Positions 39,115-48,561 of a stretch of 64,000 bases of DNA are shown here, one piece after another (positions within the stretch are counted from its first letter, which is position 1; each line of letters begins with the position of its first letter). A model generated the notes under the pieces. That model ran no database searches. It worked only from the letters and a program-made list of their open reading frames with translations, and had not been told where the DNA came from. The translations under genes were made by a program, and so were the position numbers. This DNA comes from Vicinamibacterales bacterium (lineage in GTDB: Bacteria > Acidobacteriota > Vicinamibacteria > Vicinamibacterales > UBA823). The stretch is taken from positions 146,155 through 210,154 of the forward strand of contig CBDANA010000008.1 of the NCBI GenBank assembly GCA_965197385.1, in the 5' to 3' direction.

Positions 39115-39304
39115 GACGGACTGCTAAACAGCCGGTGTGGTCCCTAGGGGGGCGTCGACGGATCGTATCGAGTGGCGCGGGCACCCGCCGCGCCCGCGCC
39201 GGCCGCCGCACATCCAGCGGCCGACCCCTTGCATCCTACCGACAAAATCGGGAATCGTAAACGCCTAACCAAGCAGCCCGGGGTTCGTCGAGCGTCGAGG
39301 GACG

Positions 39305-39871
39305 GTGCTGGGGACACTCATCGGCGGGTTGACGCTCGGGTCGGCCTTCCCGCACCTGCTGGCCTGGCTGCCGACCGGCCTAGCCTGGGAGCGGGTCCTG
39401 CAGCTTTCGTCCGTCCTGGCCCTGGCGGGAGGTCTGCTGGTCGCGGCCGCCGTACGCGATGGCCCTCACCTCCAGCGCGCCTCGGCGTTTGATCGCAAGG
39501 CAGCCCTCGAGGTCTTCACTAAGTGGAACCTGCGCCCTCTTGGCTGGCACCGTGTTCGGTGCTCCGCCCGTGGTGCTTTTCCTGTTCGCGGTCGTCTGGG
39601 GCGTCACAGTGTCGCCGATTCGGCGCAGTACTCGGCGCTCGTAACCTTCTACAGTCCGCCGGCCCACCTGGGCACCGCCCTGACGATGCAGACCTGCCTG
39701 GGTTTCCTGCTCACCATGCTCACGATTCGTGTCGTGCCGGCGGCTGCCGACTTGATAGGTTGGCAGTGGAGCTTCCTCTTGCTCGCGCCCGGATCGGCGC
39801 TCGGCGCGCTGGCCATGCGCGCGCTAGCGACGGACGCCAACCACGCGTCGCGAGACCCACTTTCCTCTTGA
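39305..39871 (+). pseudogene. MFS transporter remnant (C-terminal half only, frame-disrupted)
   Basis: TM-rich segments appear in two frames (..LGSAFPHLLAWL.. and ..GTVFGAPPVVLFLFAVVWGVT..). No N-terminal half is present. Confidence 0.5.
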
Positions 39872-39903
39872 CCGACCAATTTAATCGGATTGATATGTGA
39901 AAT

Positions 39904-39954
39904 AGATATTGAGACTCAGTCTCATTTATAATACTGTTTTGAGACTGAGTCCTA
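39904..39954 (+). promoter_or_regulatory. candidate promoter with two related palindromic operator sites
   Basis: The perfect palindrome TGAGACTCAGTCTCA (39910-39924) and the related TGAGACTGAGTCCTA (39940-39954) flank a perfect TATAAT (39927-39932). The region is an AT-rich island upstream of the porin-like gene. Confidence 0.45.
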
Positions 39955-40524
39955 TTTAGGATTGGCAGCTTCGAACGACCCCGCTCCCCTCCGTCGGACT
40001 CAGATCACGAAGCCAGCACGAAAAAGGCTCGGTCACTCAGTGTCGATGAATGCACGCCGGATCGACAGGTTCCGGGTGTGGCCGGGAAGGCTCGCCTTCA
40101 CGGTCGCCTTGGCCGTGGCCGGTCTAGTCACCACGAACGCCGCGGCGGAGACACTCCAGAAGGAGGACCAACGCGGAAGACAGGTTCGGGAGCAGGCAGC
40201 CGACCGGACCGAGTCGCCCGTCAGCGCCGACGACGTCCAGCAGGAACTAGACGAACTCAGGCGCCGACTCGATCTGCTCGCCGATGAGGTGGAACGGCTG
40301 CGCAGCGGCGAGGCGCCGGCACCCGAACGGACCTTCCCGAAGAACGGCGGCGCGCGCTCGGTGTCGCGCCGGCGGCGGCGGCGGCCTATCGGTCCCCGGG
40401 CGGCGTCACGTTTGCCGGATACAGCGAGATGCTGTTCGAGAACTTCGACGCCGACGACCAGCGCGGAGCCGGCAGCCCGCGCGCCTCGCAGCTCGATTTT
40501 CTTAGGCACATCTTCTACATGGGC

Positions 40525-41957
40525 GGGGATGTCCCGTGCGCTGTTGAAACTCAGCAGCAGCTTGGTTCACGACTACGCAACCATCTCTGACGACTCCCCG
40601 AGTCCTAACCGCGCGTCGCGTGCCAGGAGGGCAGCGACCAGCGCGGGCATATCTTGACATCCTTGCACCCGACGGAACCCCTTCGCCGCTTCGAGCACCC
40701 CGGCGGCCACCCAGCGCAGCACCATCGTCCCGCCGCGCCAGCGTTTCACATGGCGCTGCACATGGCGCGTTCGGCTGAGGAGACTCTCGATGGCGTTTGT
40801 GGTGGCGAGCGATCGTTGGAGACGCTCCGACAGACCCAAGCCGAGCACGGTCAGCGTCTCGTCGAGCCCTTCCCGCACGCTCGTGGCCGCACTCGGGTAA
40901 GTCAGTGTCCAAGCGCTGCGCCAGGTCCTGCAGCAGACGCTTGGCCGTCTTGACGGGGCTGTTCGTGTAGGCGCGCGTGAGGACCGCCTTCACCCCCGGC
41001 CGCTGTGCCTCAGGGAGATGCTCCAAGATGTTCCGGCCCTTATGGACCTGACACCGCTGCACCAGCGCGGCGCGCCCAAATGTCTGGGTCACGGCCGTGT
41101 CGAGGGCCTTCGCGCCATCGACGATCACCAGCAGGCTCCGGTCGGTGCGCAGCCCGCGGCTGCCGAGATTGGTCAAGAGCCCCTGACAGACCGTCGCGTT
41201 CTCCGTGGCCCCTTCCCACAGGCCGAGCGGGTGTTTCGCGCCCATTTTATCGATGCCTAGGGCGACAACGATACAGTGTCCACCCACGTGCACGCCATCA
41301 ATCAGCAGCCCCACCAGGTCCAGCGCGTCGAGCGGCGTCGCCCGCCACGCATCCAGCTGCGCCTGGGTTTGCGCGACAAAGCGTCGACTGACCGCACTCT
41401 TGCTCGTGCCCCGCGTGGTGACGTCGGCGCCGAGCGGTTCCAGACTCCGCGCATACTGGCGGGTCGCCACACCGATCAGCATCTGGTCGACCACGCGCCG
41501 GTTCAGCGGGTCCGCATTCGCGAATGCCCGGGCCGTTGGCAACGGAACCTCCTCGCCGGCGCGCCGCGCACGGGGCCGACGAATCGCCACCTTCCGCCCG
41601 CCCAGCACGACCTGACTCGGCGTATGCCCCGTTCGATACGCCTGGCGCGCAGGTTGATGCGCATACCGTGGCCCACAGACGGCGGCCCGATCCTCTTCCA
41701 GCATGGCTTCGAGTACCTTCAGGCCAGACGCGACGACCCGCTCCTGGAGCGCGGCCTGCGTATCAATGAGGATATCGACCAACGGAAGGTGCCGTGGCGT
41801 CGGGGATACCGATTGGCGACGGCGAGGGACTGTGCGAGACTGCTTCTTCATGGCGGCTCCTTACTGGGAGGCTTGCACCTCGGTTTCGTCACCGGTCGTA
41901 TAGCACGACCAGTGAAGAGCCGCCGCTTCAAATTTCAACAGCTACTGGGACATCCCC
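40525..41957 (-). mobile_element. IS256-family insertion sequence, copy 2 (1433 bp), inverted relative to copy 1
   Basis: Same IRs as copy 1, with a perfect 8-bp duplication ACATGGGC at 40517-40524 and 41958-41965. Confidence 0.92.
40573..41851 (-). pseudogene. IS256 transposase with a 1-nt insertion frameshift
   Basis: Relative to copy 1 there is one extra base near 40899 (GACACTGACTTACCC versus GACACTGACTACCC), which splits the ORF into 40502-41851 and 40573-40878. Confidence 0.85.
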
Positions 41958-42867
41958 ACATGGGCTACCGGTTCGACGACCGCTTCCTCTTCAATGCGGA
42001 GATCGAGATCGAGCACGCCAACGAAATCTCGGTCGAGTTCGCCTACGTGGACTACCTCCTCAACGACGCGCTGACGATCCGCGGAGGCATGGTGCTGGTC
42101 CCACTCGGCCTGGTCAACGAATTCCACGAGCCGACGGTCTTCCTCGGCGCTCGTCGGCCCCAGACCGAACGCCGGATCATCCCGACGACATGGCGTAAAA
42201 ACGGCGTGGGAGTGCTGGGCAGCGCCGGTCCGATCGCCTACCGAGCCTACCTACTGAACGGTCTGGACGCGACCGGTTTCAGCGCCCAGGGGCTGCGCGG
42301 AGGCCGACAGTAAGGGCACCCGAGCCCTGGCAGGTGATTTCGGGTTCGCCTGGCGATTCGACGTAACGCCGACGCCCGGCGTGTTCGTCGGCGCGGGACT
42401 GTTCACCGGCGGCGCGGACCACGGACAGCTGTCGCTCGACGGCAGGACGCTCGGCGTGGGCACGACCATCGTCGAGCTGCACGGACAGGCGCAAGTCCGA
42501 GGCGTCGATCTGCGGGCGCTCTACGCCCGAGCCAGCGTCAGCGACGTGGCGGCGCTGGACACCGCGCTCGGGTTCGACGGCGTGGGAATCAGCGACACGA
42601 TGCAGGGTGGCTACGTGCAGATCGGCTACGACGTCCTGTCCCAGTTCAGCCGACGAATCAGTATGACGCCGTACTACCTATGGGAATGGCTCAACACCCA
42701 GAGTGACGTCCAGACCGGGTTCCTGGCTGATCTGTCGCAGGACGGCACGTTCCACACGTTCGGCGTCGAAGTGCGTCCGCGCCCGGGAATCGTCGTCAAG
42801 TCCGACTACGAGTGGCTTCGCAATGCCGCCCGCACCGGTCGCAACCAGTTCAACCTGAGCCTCGGGT

Positions 42868-43428
42868 GTGCCTTCTGAGCAGGTCACGTCCCGTTCAGCA
42901 GCCCTCACGAGCTGCGGGCTGGTGCTGGCCTCGGTCGCGCTCTTCGGTCAGATCTCGCGAGAGGAAGCGCTGGACGCGGCCTATCCCGGCGTCAGCGCCG
43001 AAGCGGAAACCCTGTTTCTGACCGAGCCGCAGGTCGCGGAAACGGCGGCGCTCGCCGACGTCGATTTGCCGTCGCCCATGGTGGGAAGCTTCGTGATCAG
43101 GCGTAACGGACAGGTCGTCGGCCGGGCGTATGTCGATACCCACGTGGTCAGAACCAAGCGGGAGAGCTTGCTGATCGCGCTCGATGCGAGCGGTCGCGTG
43201 CAACGGATTGATGTGACGGCCTTTCTCGAGCCGGCCAAATACCAGGCGCCCGCCCCCTGGCTGGATCAGTTCCGCGACGGGGCGCTGAGCGACGACCTCG
43301 AGTTGCAGCGCCGCATTCGCCCGATCGCCGGCGCCTCGCTGACCGCTCGCGCGGTCACCGATGCCGTCAGGCGGGTGCTGGCCATCGACCGCGTGCTCTC
43401 ATCGGCCGCGCAGGAGGAACTGCGGTGA
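42868..43428 (+). CDS. FMN-binding domain protein (periplasmic, candidate ApbE substrate)
   Basis: Signal peptide and an FMN_bind-like C-terminal part with IAGASLTARAV (a GA[ST]-type flavinylation motif). Confidence 0.6.
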   Translation: MPSEQVTSRSAALTSCGLVLASVALFGQISREEALDAAYPGVSAEAETLFLTEPQVAETAALADVDLPSPMVGSFVIRRNGQVVGRAYVDTHVVRTKRESLLIALDASGRVQRIDVTAFLEPAKYQAPAPWLDQFRDGALSDDLELQRRIRPIAGASLTARAVTDAVRRVLAIDRVLSSAAQEELR

Positions 43429-43896
43429 CCCGGTGGCAGCGGTGGTCGTTCCATTTACTGATGACGGCGTCGGCCGTCAGCGGCGCGGTCTATACTGTGG
43501 ATGCGGTATCTGCTTGAAGCCGACGACCCGTTCAGCGTCATCAATCACCCGTGGCAGCCGGCGATGCTGGGCGTCCATCTGCTGACGGCGCCGGCAGTCA
43601 TTCTCCTGTTTGGCATCGTGTTCCAGTCGCATATCGCTCGCAAGCTCGACAGCCCTGACCGCACGAACCGTCGGAGCGGCTGGACGTCGCTCCTGACCTT
43701 CGGTGTGATGGCGTCCTCCGGGTACCTGCTGCAGGTCGTGACCTCCCCGCTCACCGTGCAGCTCGTCTGGGGGCTCCATCTGGCCAGCAGCGGGGCGTTC
43801 GTGGTCGGCTACACCGTGCATCTCGTGCTCGGGTTCAACCTGCTTCGCACCTTCCTGCTGCGCCGCCGGGCCGCCGTCGCCGTCTCGGAGTCATGA
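43425..43896 (+). pseudogene. small polytopic membrane protein, possible frameshift near 43490-43500
   Basis: GTG 43425 overlaps the upstream TGA (GTGA) and encodes a TM start (WSFHLLMTASAVSGAVY). The body (43501-43896) is in the next frame. The ATG at 43501 could instead be the true start. Confidence 0.4.
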
Positions 43897-45032
43897 GCCT
43901 CTGCGTACGCGCATGCGCCGCCACCATGTGGCTGCTAGCCGCCACGGGTCCACAGGCGCTCGACGCGCCCAGCAGCCACCCTTCCCGCCCCGGTCACGCG
44001 ACGAGTGGCGCTCATGGGCACCTGGGCGGCGCTGACGACCTACGCCGGGAGCCGCACAGAGGCGGTCAGCGCGCTCGACGCCAAGGTTCGAATCCTCGAG
44101 CAAACCGAATCGGAGCTCAGTACCTGGCGGCCGACCAGTGCCCTGAGGCAGATCAACCGTTTGCCGATCGGCGCTGCCGGCGCCCTGGATCCGCCGCTCT
44201 GCCGGTTGCTCGAGCGCGTGCAGCGCTGGCAGCGACGAACGGCTGGGGCATTCGACCCGGCCATCGGCGCCCTGATCGCAGCCTGGGATCTGCGGGGTGC
44301 GGGTCGCATCCCGACCGAGGCCGAGCTGGCATTGGCCCGGGCGCGCGCCGGCTGGACGTACGTTGCGCTGGACGGGCAGGCCTACCTCTCAGGCGACGCC
44401 GTGACGTCACGCTGGATGCCGGCGCCTTCGGCAAAGGTGAGGCCCTCAACCGGATCCTGGCCACCGGGGAGGATGTCGGTCCGTGGCTGGTCGATCTCGG
44501 CGGACAGGTCGCGGTCTCGGGACCGCGCCCGGACGGGTCGGGATGGCCGGTGGCGCTGGCGCACGCCGGGCGGCGGCACCTCGGCCTGATCGACCTCGAG
44601 TTGCACGGGGGCTCACTCGCCACCAGTGCCGGCTCGGAGCGCGACCGCGTTGTAGCAGCCCGGAGGGTGGGGCACGTGATCGATCCCCGGAGCGGACATC
44701 CAGCGCCATTCAACGGCTCGGTCACCGTCTGGCACGAGCGCGCACTCGCGGCCGACATTCTCTCGACCGCGCTCTTCGTGATGGGACCACCGGCCGGACT
44801 TCGATGGGCCGAGCGGCACGACGTGGCAGCGCTGTTTCAGGTGCCGGATGGCGCCAGCGCGACAGGCCCGCTGGCGCTCTGGCCGAGCCGCGCCTTCGCG
44901 AGGCAATTTCCGGGCTGGCCGCCCGTGGTGAACGTCCCGCGTCGCACCGAGACCCCGCTGAGTCGAAGCCGCGGTCGGCCGGGGCAAGGCACGAGGAGGA
45001 AAAATACTAACGCCAAACCGCGCGTCAGGTGA
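43893..45032 (+). pseudogene. apbE: FAD:protein FMN transferase (ApbE) in three frame segments
   Basis: ATG 43893 overlaps the upstream stop (ATGA) and gives a signal peptide. The ApbE core (LMGTWAALTTY..STWRPTSALRQIN..GAFDPAIG) is in frame +1. The distal part (LDAGAFGKGEALN..HVIDPRSG) returns to the first frame. The 3' end reads into repeat E. Confidence 0.7.
44919..45016 (+). repeat. MITE-like element, truncated copy E (5' half)
   Basis: CCGCCCGTGGTGAACGTCCCGCGTCGCACCGAGACCCCGCTGAG..GAGGAGGAAAAATAC, then lost. Confidence 0.7.
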
Positions 45033-46113
45033 CCGGCGCGGCGACCGGCAGCGCGTAGCTGGCGACCGACACCTGCGCGGCCAGCCTCGCCGCGGCATCG
45101 ATCAGCGCCCGGCCGGCCGGCGACTCCGGCTCGCCTATCACGATCGGCGTTCCCTCGTCCCCACCGATACGGATCGGCTCGTAGAGCGGGATCTGCCCGA
45201 GATAGGGCACACTCATCTCAGCGGCCAACGGCTCGCCACCGCCCTTCCCGAAGATGTCACTCTCGTGCTGGCAACTGGGGCAGATGAAGTGGCTCATGTT
45301 CTCCAGGAGGCCCAGGACGGGGATGTTCAGCTTCTGATACATCCGCACGGCACGACGCGTGTCGGCCAGCGACACCGTCTGCGGTGTCGTCACGACGACG
45401 GAGCCCGCGACGGGCACAGTCTGGCTCAACGACAGCGCGACATCGCCCGTTCCTGGCGGCATGTCGATCACGAGATAGTCGAGATTATCCCAGCGAACCT
45501 CGCGAAAGAACTGCTGGATCACGCCGTGGAGCATCGGTCCACGCCAGACGACGGGCGCGTCGTCCTGGGTCAGAAACCCCATCGACACCACCCGGATCCC
45601 GTACCGCTCGGCTGGGACGATCTTCTGACCGTCCGTCTCGAGCTGCTTCCGGACGCCCAACATGATCGGGACGTTGGGTCCGTAGATGTCGCCGTCGAGC
45701 AGTCCGACCCGGCTGCCGTGGCCCGCCAAGGCGCAGGCCAGATTGACCGATACGGTCGTCTTACCTACACCACCTTTGCCCGCGCCCACGGCAATGACGT
45801 TCTTCACCCCCGGTACGGCGGCGCGCCCTTTGTCGGGCGACGATGCCGACCGGACATTGGCCGTCATCTCGACGTGCACGGTCTTGACACCCGGCAGCTG
45901 GCGGAGCGCGGCTTCGGCCTGATCTCGCATCTGATCCTTGACCGGACACGCGGGCGTCGTCAGCTCGATCACGACGGAGACGATCTCCCCGTCGATGGTG
46001 ACCTGTTTCACGAACCCAAGACTCACGATGTCCCGGTGCAAGTCGGGATCCTGGACGACCTTCAGCGCCTCCAGGACCGCCGACTCCACGATTCCAGGTT
46101 CAGACATATCCAT
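45025..46113 (-). CDS. apbC: Mrp/ApbC (NBP35) Fe-S cluster carrier ATPase
   Basis: N-terminal DUF59-like part, deviant Walker A GKGGVGKTT, and CPxC (FICPSC). Confidence 0.9.
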   Translation of the reverse strand: MDMSEPGIVESAVLEALKVVQDPDLHRDIVSLGFVKQVTIDGEIVSVVIELTTPACPVKDQMRDQAEAALRQLPGVKTVHVEMTANVRSASSPDKGRAAVPGVKNVIAVGAGKGGVGKTTVSVNLACALAGHGSRVGLLDGDIYGPNVPIMLGVRKQLETDGQKIVPAERYGIRVVSMGFLTQDDAPVVWRGPMLHGVIQQFFREVRWDNLDYLVIDMPPGTGDVALSLSQTVPVAGSVVVTTPQTVSLADTRRAVRMYQKLNIPVLGLLENMSHFICPSCQHESDIFGKGGGEPLAAEMSVPYLGQIPLYEPIRIGGDEGTPIVIGEPESPAGRALIDAAARLAAQVSVASYALPVAAPVT

Positions 46114-46268
46114 CCTTCACCGACAACCGAACACGTGGCGATCGCGACGACGACCGGTCCTGATGCGAGTGGAATGCGAGCAGCCCCACTCGACCGTAGC
46201 GTATCGAGTATATCGGGAATATCTCAACGAGACGCAACGCAGCCAGCGGGGATGCATCGCCGGCCGGG

Positions 46269-46859
46269 TCAGGCGATCGTGATACGGACTTCCACGGACG
46301 TTTCAGGCGCGTACGGCGGATTCACCGTGAACTGGAAGCGCGCGCCGGGACGAACACCCGGGGGAATCGACAAGCGCACGAGGTGCCGGTGGGGCGCCGA
46401 GCCGGTCCCACGGCACATCGAGCACCATTCCGCCCACACTTCCCCGCGTCCGCCACACACGAGGCAGGTGCAGCACACCGGCACTTCCAGGGCCACCTGC
46501 GCCCCCTCCCGCGCCTGATGCCACGAGAGGCGCACGTGCGCCACACGCGGGTCATCCTCCGCTTCCATCAGCCCACGGCCGAGGCGTTCGACGATTCTCG
46601 ACACCGACGGAAAGTCGATGGCCACATCCTGGTAGACGGGCTCTGCTCGACGCGGTACGACCCAACGCGCGTCAGGTTGATCCGCCCCACCCGCGGCCAT
46701 CATCTCGTAGGCACGTCGCACCTCGCAGACGCGCTCGAGGGCAGGACCGTCGTGCGCGACCGCCGCCTGTCCGCGGCGTTGGACTTCACGATGCACGCGG
46801 CGAAGCTCGTTGGCTCGAGCCGCACGTGGCACGCCGACCACCCAGGAATATTCACGCAT
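46269..46859 (-). CDS. DnaJ-like protein with a CxxCxGxG zinc finger and a degenerate J region
   Basis: CLVCGGRGEV..CSMCRGTG followed by a DnaJ C-terminal-like beta region. I saw no HPD motif. Confidence 0.55.
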   Translation of the reverse strand: MREYSWVVGVPRAARANELRRVHREVQRRGQAAVAHDGPALERVCEVRRAYEMMAAGGADQPDARWVVPRRAEPVYQDVAIDFPSVSRIVERLGRGLMEAEDDPRVAHVRLSWHQAREGAQVALEVPVCCTCLVCGGRGEVWAEWCSMCRGTGSAPHRHLVRLSIPPGVRPGARFQFTVNPPYAPETSVEVRITIA

Positions 46860-46919
46860 GAAGCCGCCAGGTACGATAGGAGCGTGTCGCGGGCCTTGTC
46901 AAGGACGAGCCGATGCTAA

Positions 46920-47102
46920 CAGCCCGTGGTGAAAGCCCCGCGTCGCACCGAGACCCCGCTGAACTAAGGCCGCGGTCGCCCCGGGGCAAGGCGTGAGGAG
47001 GGAAAATACAGGTAGTATTTGACCCATCGTGGACAACGCCCAGCGCCGCCGAAGCCGGGATGCATCGGCGGTCGAATGCAGCTGGACTTTCACGACGGGC
47101 TG
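46920..47102 (+). repeat. MITE-like element, copy F
   Basis: CTAA|CAGCCCGTGGTGAAAGCCCCGCG ... CTGGACTTTCACGACGGGCTG|CTGG. Confidence 0.85.
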
Positions 47103-47106
47103 CTGG

Positions 47107-47381
47107 GCGCCCGTCCGAGTATTCGCGTGGGCCGCGCGCGTGGGTCTTGCGAGCCGCAGACAAGAAGCGCGGAGGAGGCGATGCCGCGGCGCATCGGCGA
47201 CGACGTGTGACGCGGTCTGCGGCCGCAACCCCCACGCGCCCTGTGGGTTGCGGCGGCGTCGGGCCATCTGCCGCGTTGCGCCTCCCCGACGATGCGCTGG
47301 GGCATCGCCTCGTCGGCGCGCCTGGCAGCTGGCCCCACGGCGCTCGCAACGCGGCCTACGCGAATACTCGGACGGGCGCCT
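47107..47381. repeat. 275-bp imperfect palindrome (rod-like hairpin element)
   Basis: Outer arms GGCGCCCGTCCGAGTATTCGCGTGGGCCGCG / CGCGGCCTACGCGAATACTCGGACGGGCGCC. Inner arms GAGGCGATGCC..CGCATCG / CGATGCG..GGCATCGCCTC. Centre GCCGCAACCC..GGGTTGCGGC. Confidence 0.8.
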
Positions 47382-47442
47382 AGGGTCTCGAATCGAGGCG
47401 CTCGAAGCTCTCGCACGCTCGGTGTGTTCGCGAGACCGAACC

Positions 47443-47608
47443 ATGATCAAGGTGTGTCCGATGTGCGGCCAGACCATGCGATTCGTCGTGCGCGAACAGA
47501 TCGACCACATTCCCGGAACCGGACAAACGTTCCGCCAGCAGGTTCGTGAATGGGACCTGGCCCGAGTGCGACTATTTCGAGGAGGTAGACGACCAGTCGG
47601 AAGGGTGA
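47443..47608 (+). CDS. small zinc-ribbon-like ORF, reading frame uncertain
   Basis: MIKVCPMCGQTMRF.. from ATG 47443. A +1 shift near 47550 would give ..WPECDYFEEVDDQSEG*, whereas the unshifted frame runs on to 47658. Confidence 0.3.
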
Positions 47609-47638
47609 AGCACGCAAAACCCGGCCGCAGCGAGGCAA

Positions 47639-47860
47639 TTACCGGGACGCCACGGTGAGGAGCATCTCGCGGCGAAGCGGCTCCTCGACATCCGCCAGAT
47701 TCAGCTCGACCTCACACTCGTCACAGAGCACCTCCAGGATCGCTGGTCGGCTCTCCTCGGACACTTCGACCCGCGCATCTTCGACGTGCACGACGTGTAT
47801 CTGTAACGTCTTGACGAGGAAATCCTTTTCATTCCCACAACTGGAACAGCTCAGCGTCAT
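47639..47860 (-). CDS. small zinc-ribbon protein (CxxC...CxxC)
   Basis: 73 aa: MTLSCSSCGNEK..VLCDECEVEL... ATG 47860 follows GGGGAG and lies 20 nt from repeat G. Confidence 0.5.
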   Translation of the reverse strand: MTLSCSSCGNEKDFLVKTLQIHVVHVEDARVEVSEESRPAILEVLCDECEVELNLADVEEPLRREMLLTVASR

Positions 47861-47880
47861 CACATCTCCCCGAACGTTAG

Positions 47881-48049
47881 CAGCCCGTGGTGAAAGTCCG
47901 GCGGCATTCGGCCGGCGATGCATCCCCGCTGGGTGCGTTGCGTCTCGTTCAAATATTCCCGATATTCTCGCTCGTCGTGCCTTGTTCAGGCGGACCGCGG
48001 CTTCAATTCAGGGGCCCTCGGTGCGACGCCGGACTTTCACTACGGGCTG
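47881..48049 (-). repeat. MITE-like element, copy G
   Basis: TTAG|CAGCCCGTGGTGAAAGTCCGGCG ... GCCGGACTTTCACTACGGGCTG|CTAG, with the core in reverse orientation. Confidence 0.85.
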
Positions 48050-48186
48050 CTAGGCACGGCGGCCGCCTGCCCCTTCCTGGATTGTACGGCCTGCCTCCGC
48101 GCGACGCAACGACGTTTTTCTCGGGCAGCACCCGCGACCGACAGGCGATCGGCTACAATCGATCGTCAGTCAACGCACGATTCTAG

Positions 48187-48344
48187 CAGTCCGTGGTGAA
48201 AGTCCAGCGTCGCACCGAGGGTGGTGATGCGCCCGGCTGGCAAGGCGCGACGAGTGAGAATATCGGGAATATTTAAGCGAAGAGCAACGCCGCCAGCCGG
48301 GATGCAGCGCCAGCCGAATGCAGCTCGACTTTCACCACGGGCTG
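48187..48344 (+). repeat. MITE-like element, copy H
   Basis: CTAG|CAGTCCGTGGTGAAAGTCCAGCG ... CTCGACTTTCACCACGGGCTG|CTCA. It ends 10 nt before ATG 48355. Confidence 0.85.
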
Positions 48345-48354
48345 CTCAGGAGCG

Positions 48355-48561
48355 ATGTCCATGTCAGGTACGTTCGAAGTTCGCAGCGAAGCGAAAGGGG
48401 CACACTGGATCGCCTGGGTCTGCCGTGGTGGACAGGGCACCCCGGACGGCGCCGTCGTGCTGGTCGGCCAGACTCAGGAGGAAGCCGAGGATCGGGCGCG
48501 CGCCTGGGGTGAGCGAACACCCGCGGCGTCGGCGGCGCCGCCTAAGTGGCCCGTGTCATAA
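48355..48561 (+). CDS. hypothetical small protein
   Basis: 68-aa ORF following CAGGAGCG; no motif recognised. Confidence 0.35.
   Translation: MSMSGTFEVRSEAKGAHWIAWVCRGGQGTPDGAVVLVGQTQEEAEDRARAWGERTPAASAAPPKWPVS

Larger units (their letters stand above)
40046..42878 (+). pseudogene. outer-membrane porin-like beta-barrel gene, split by IS256 and frame-shifted at least twice
   Basis: Signal peptide plus coiled coil, then ..GVTFAGYSEMLFENF..FLRHIFYMG | IS | YRFDDRFLFNAEIEIEH.. and a terminal ..NLSLGCAF. Frame changes lie near 40330 and 42310. Confidence 0.7.

Noticed and set aside
40371-40385. (GGC)5 microsatellite inside the porin pseudogene as the source of its frameshift.
   Set aside because: Slippage of a triplet repeat preserves the reading frame, and the frame change maps upstream of it (about 40330).
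44083-44105. T-loop-like GGTTCGAATCC that might mark a tRNA.
   Set aside because: No acceptor, D or anticodon arms can be drawn around it, and it lies inside the conserved apbE coding core. The similar GGCGGTTCGAATGC inside repeat B also lacks a cloverleaf.
43893-45032. The two compensating frame changes in apbE as programmed recoding.
   Set aside because: I saw no slippery heptamers or stimulatory structures at either site. Neighbouring genes in the same IS-disrupted operon also carry lesions, so decay or sequencing error is more likely.
47090-47416. 108-aa ORF and a 9-codon mini-ORF with a strong SD inside the 275-bp palindrome.
   Set aside because: Both arms of a palindrome generate mirror ORFs by construction, and there is no independent support. 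The mini-ORF is mentioned in the finding but not called as a gene.
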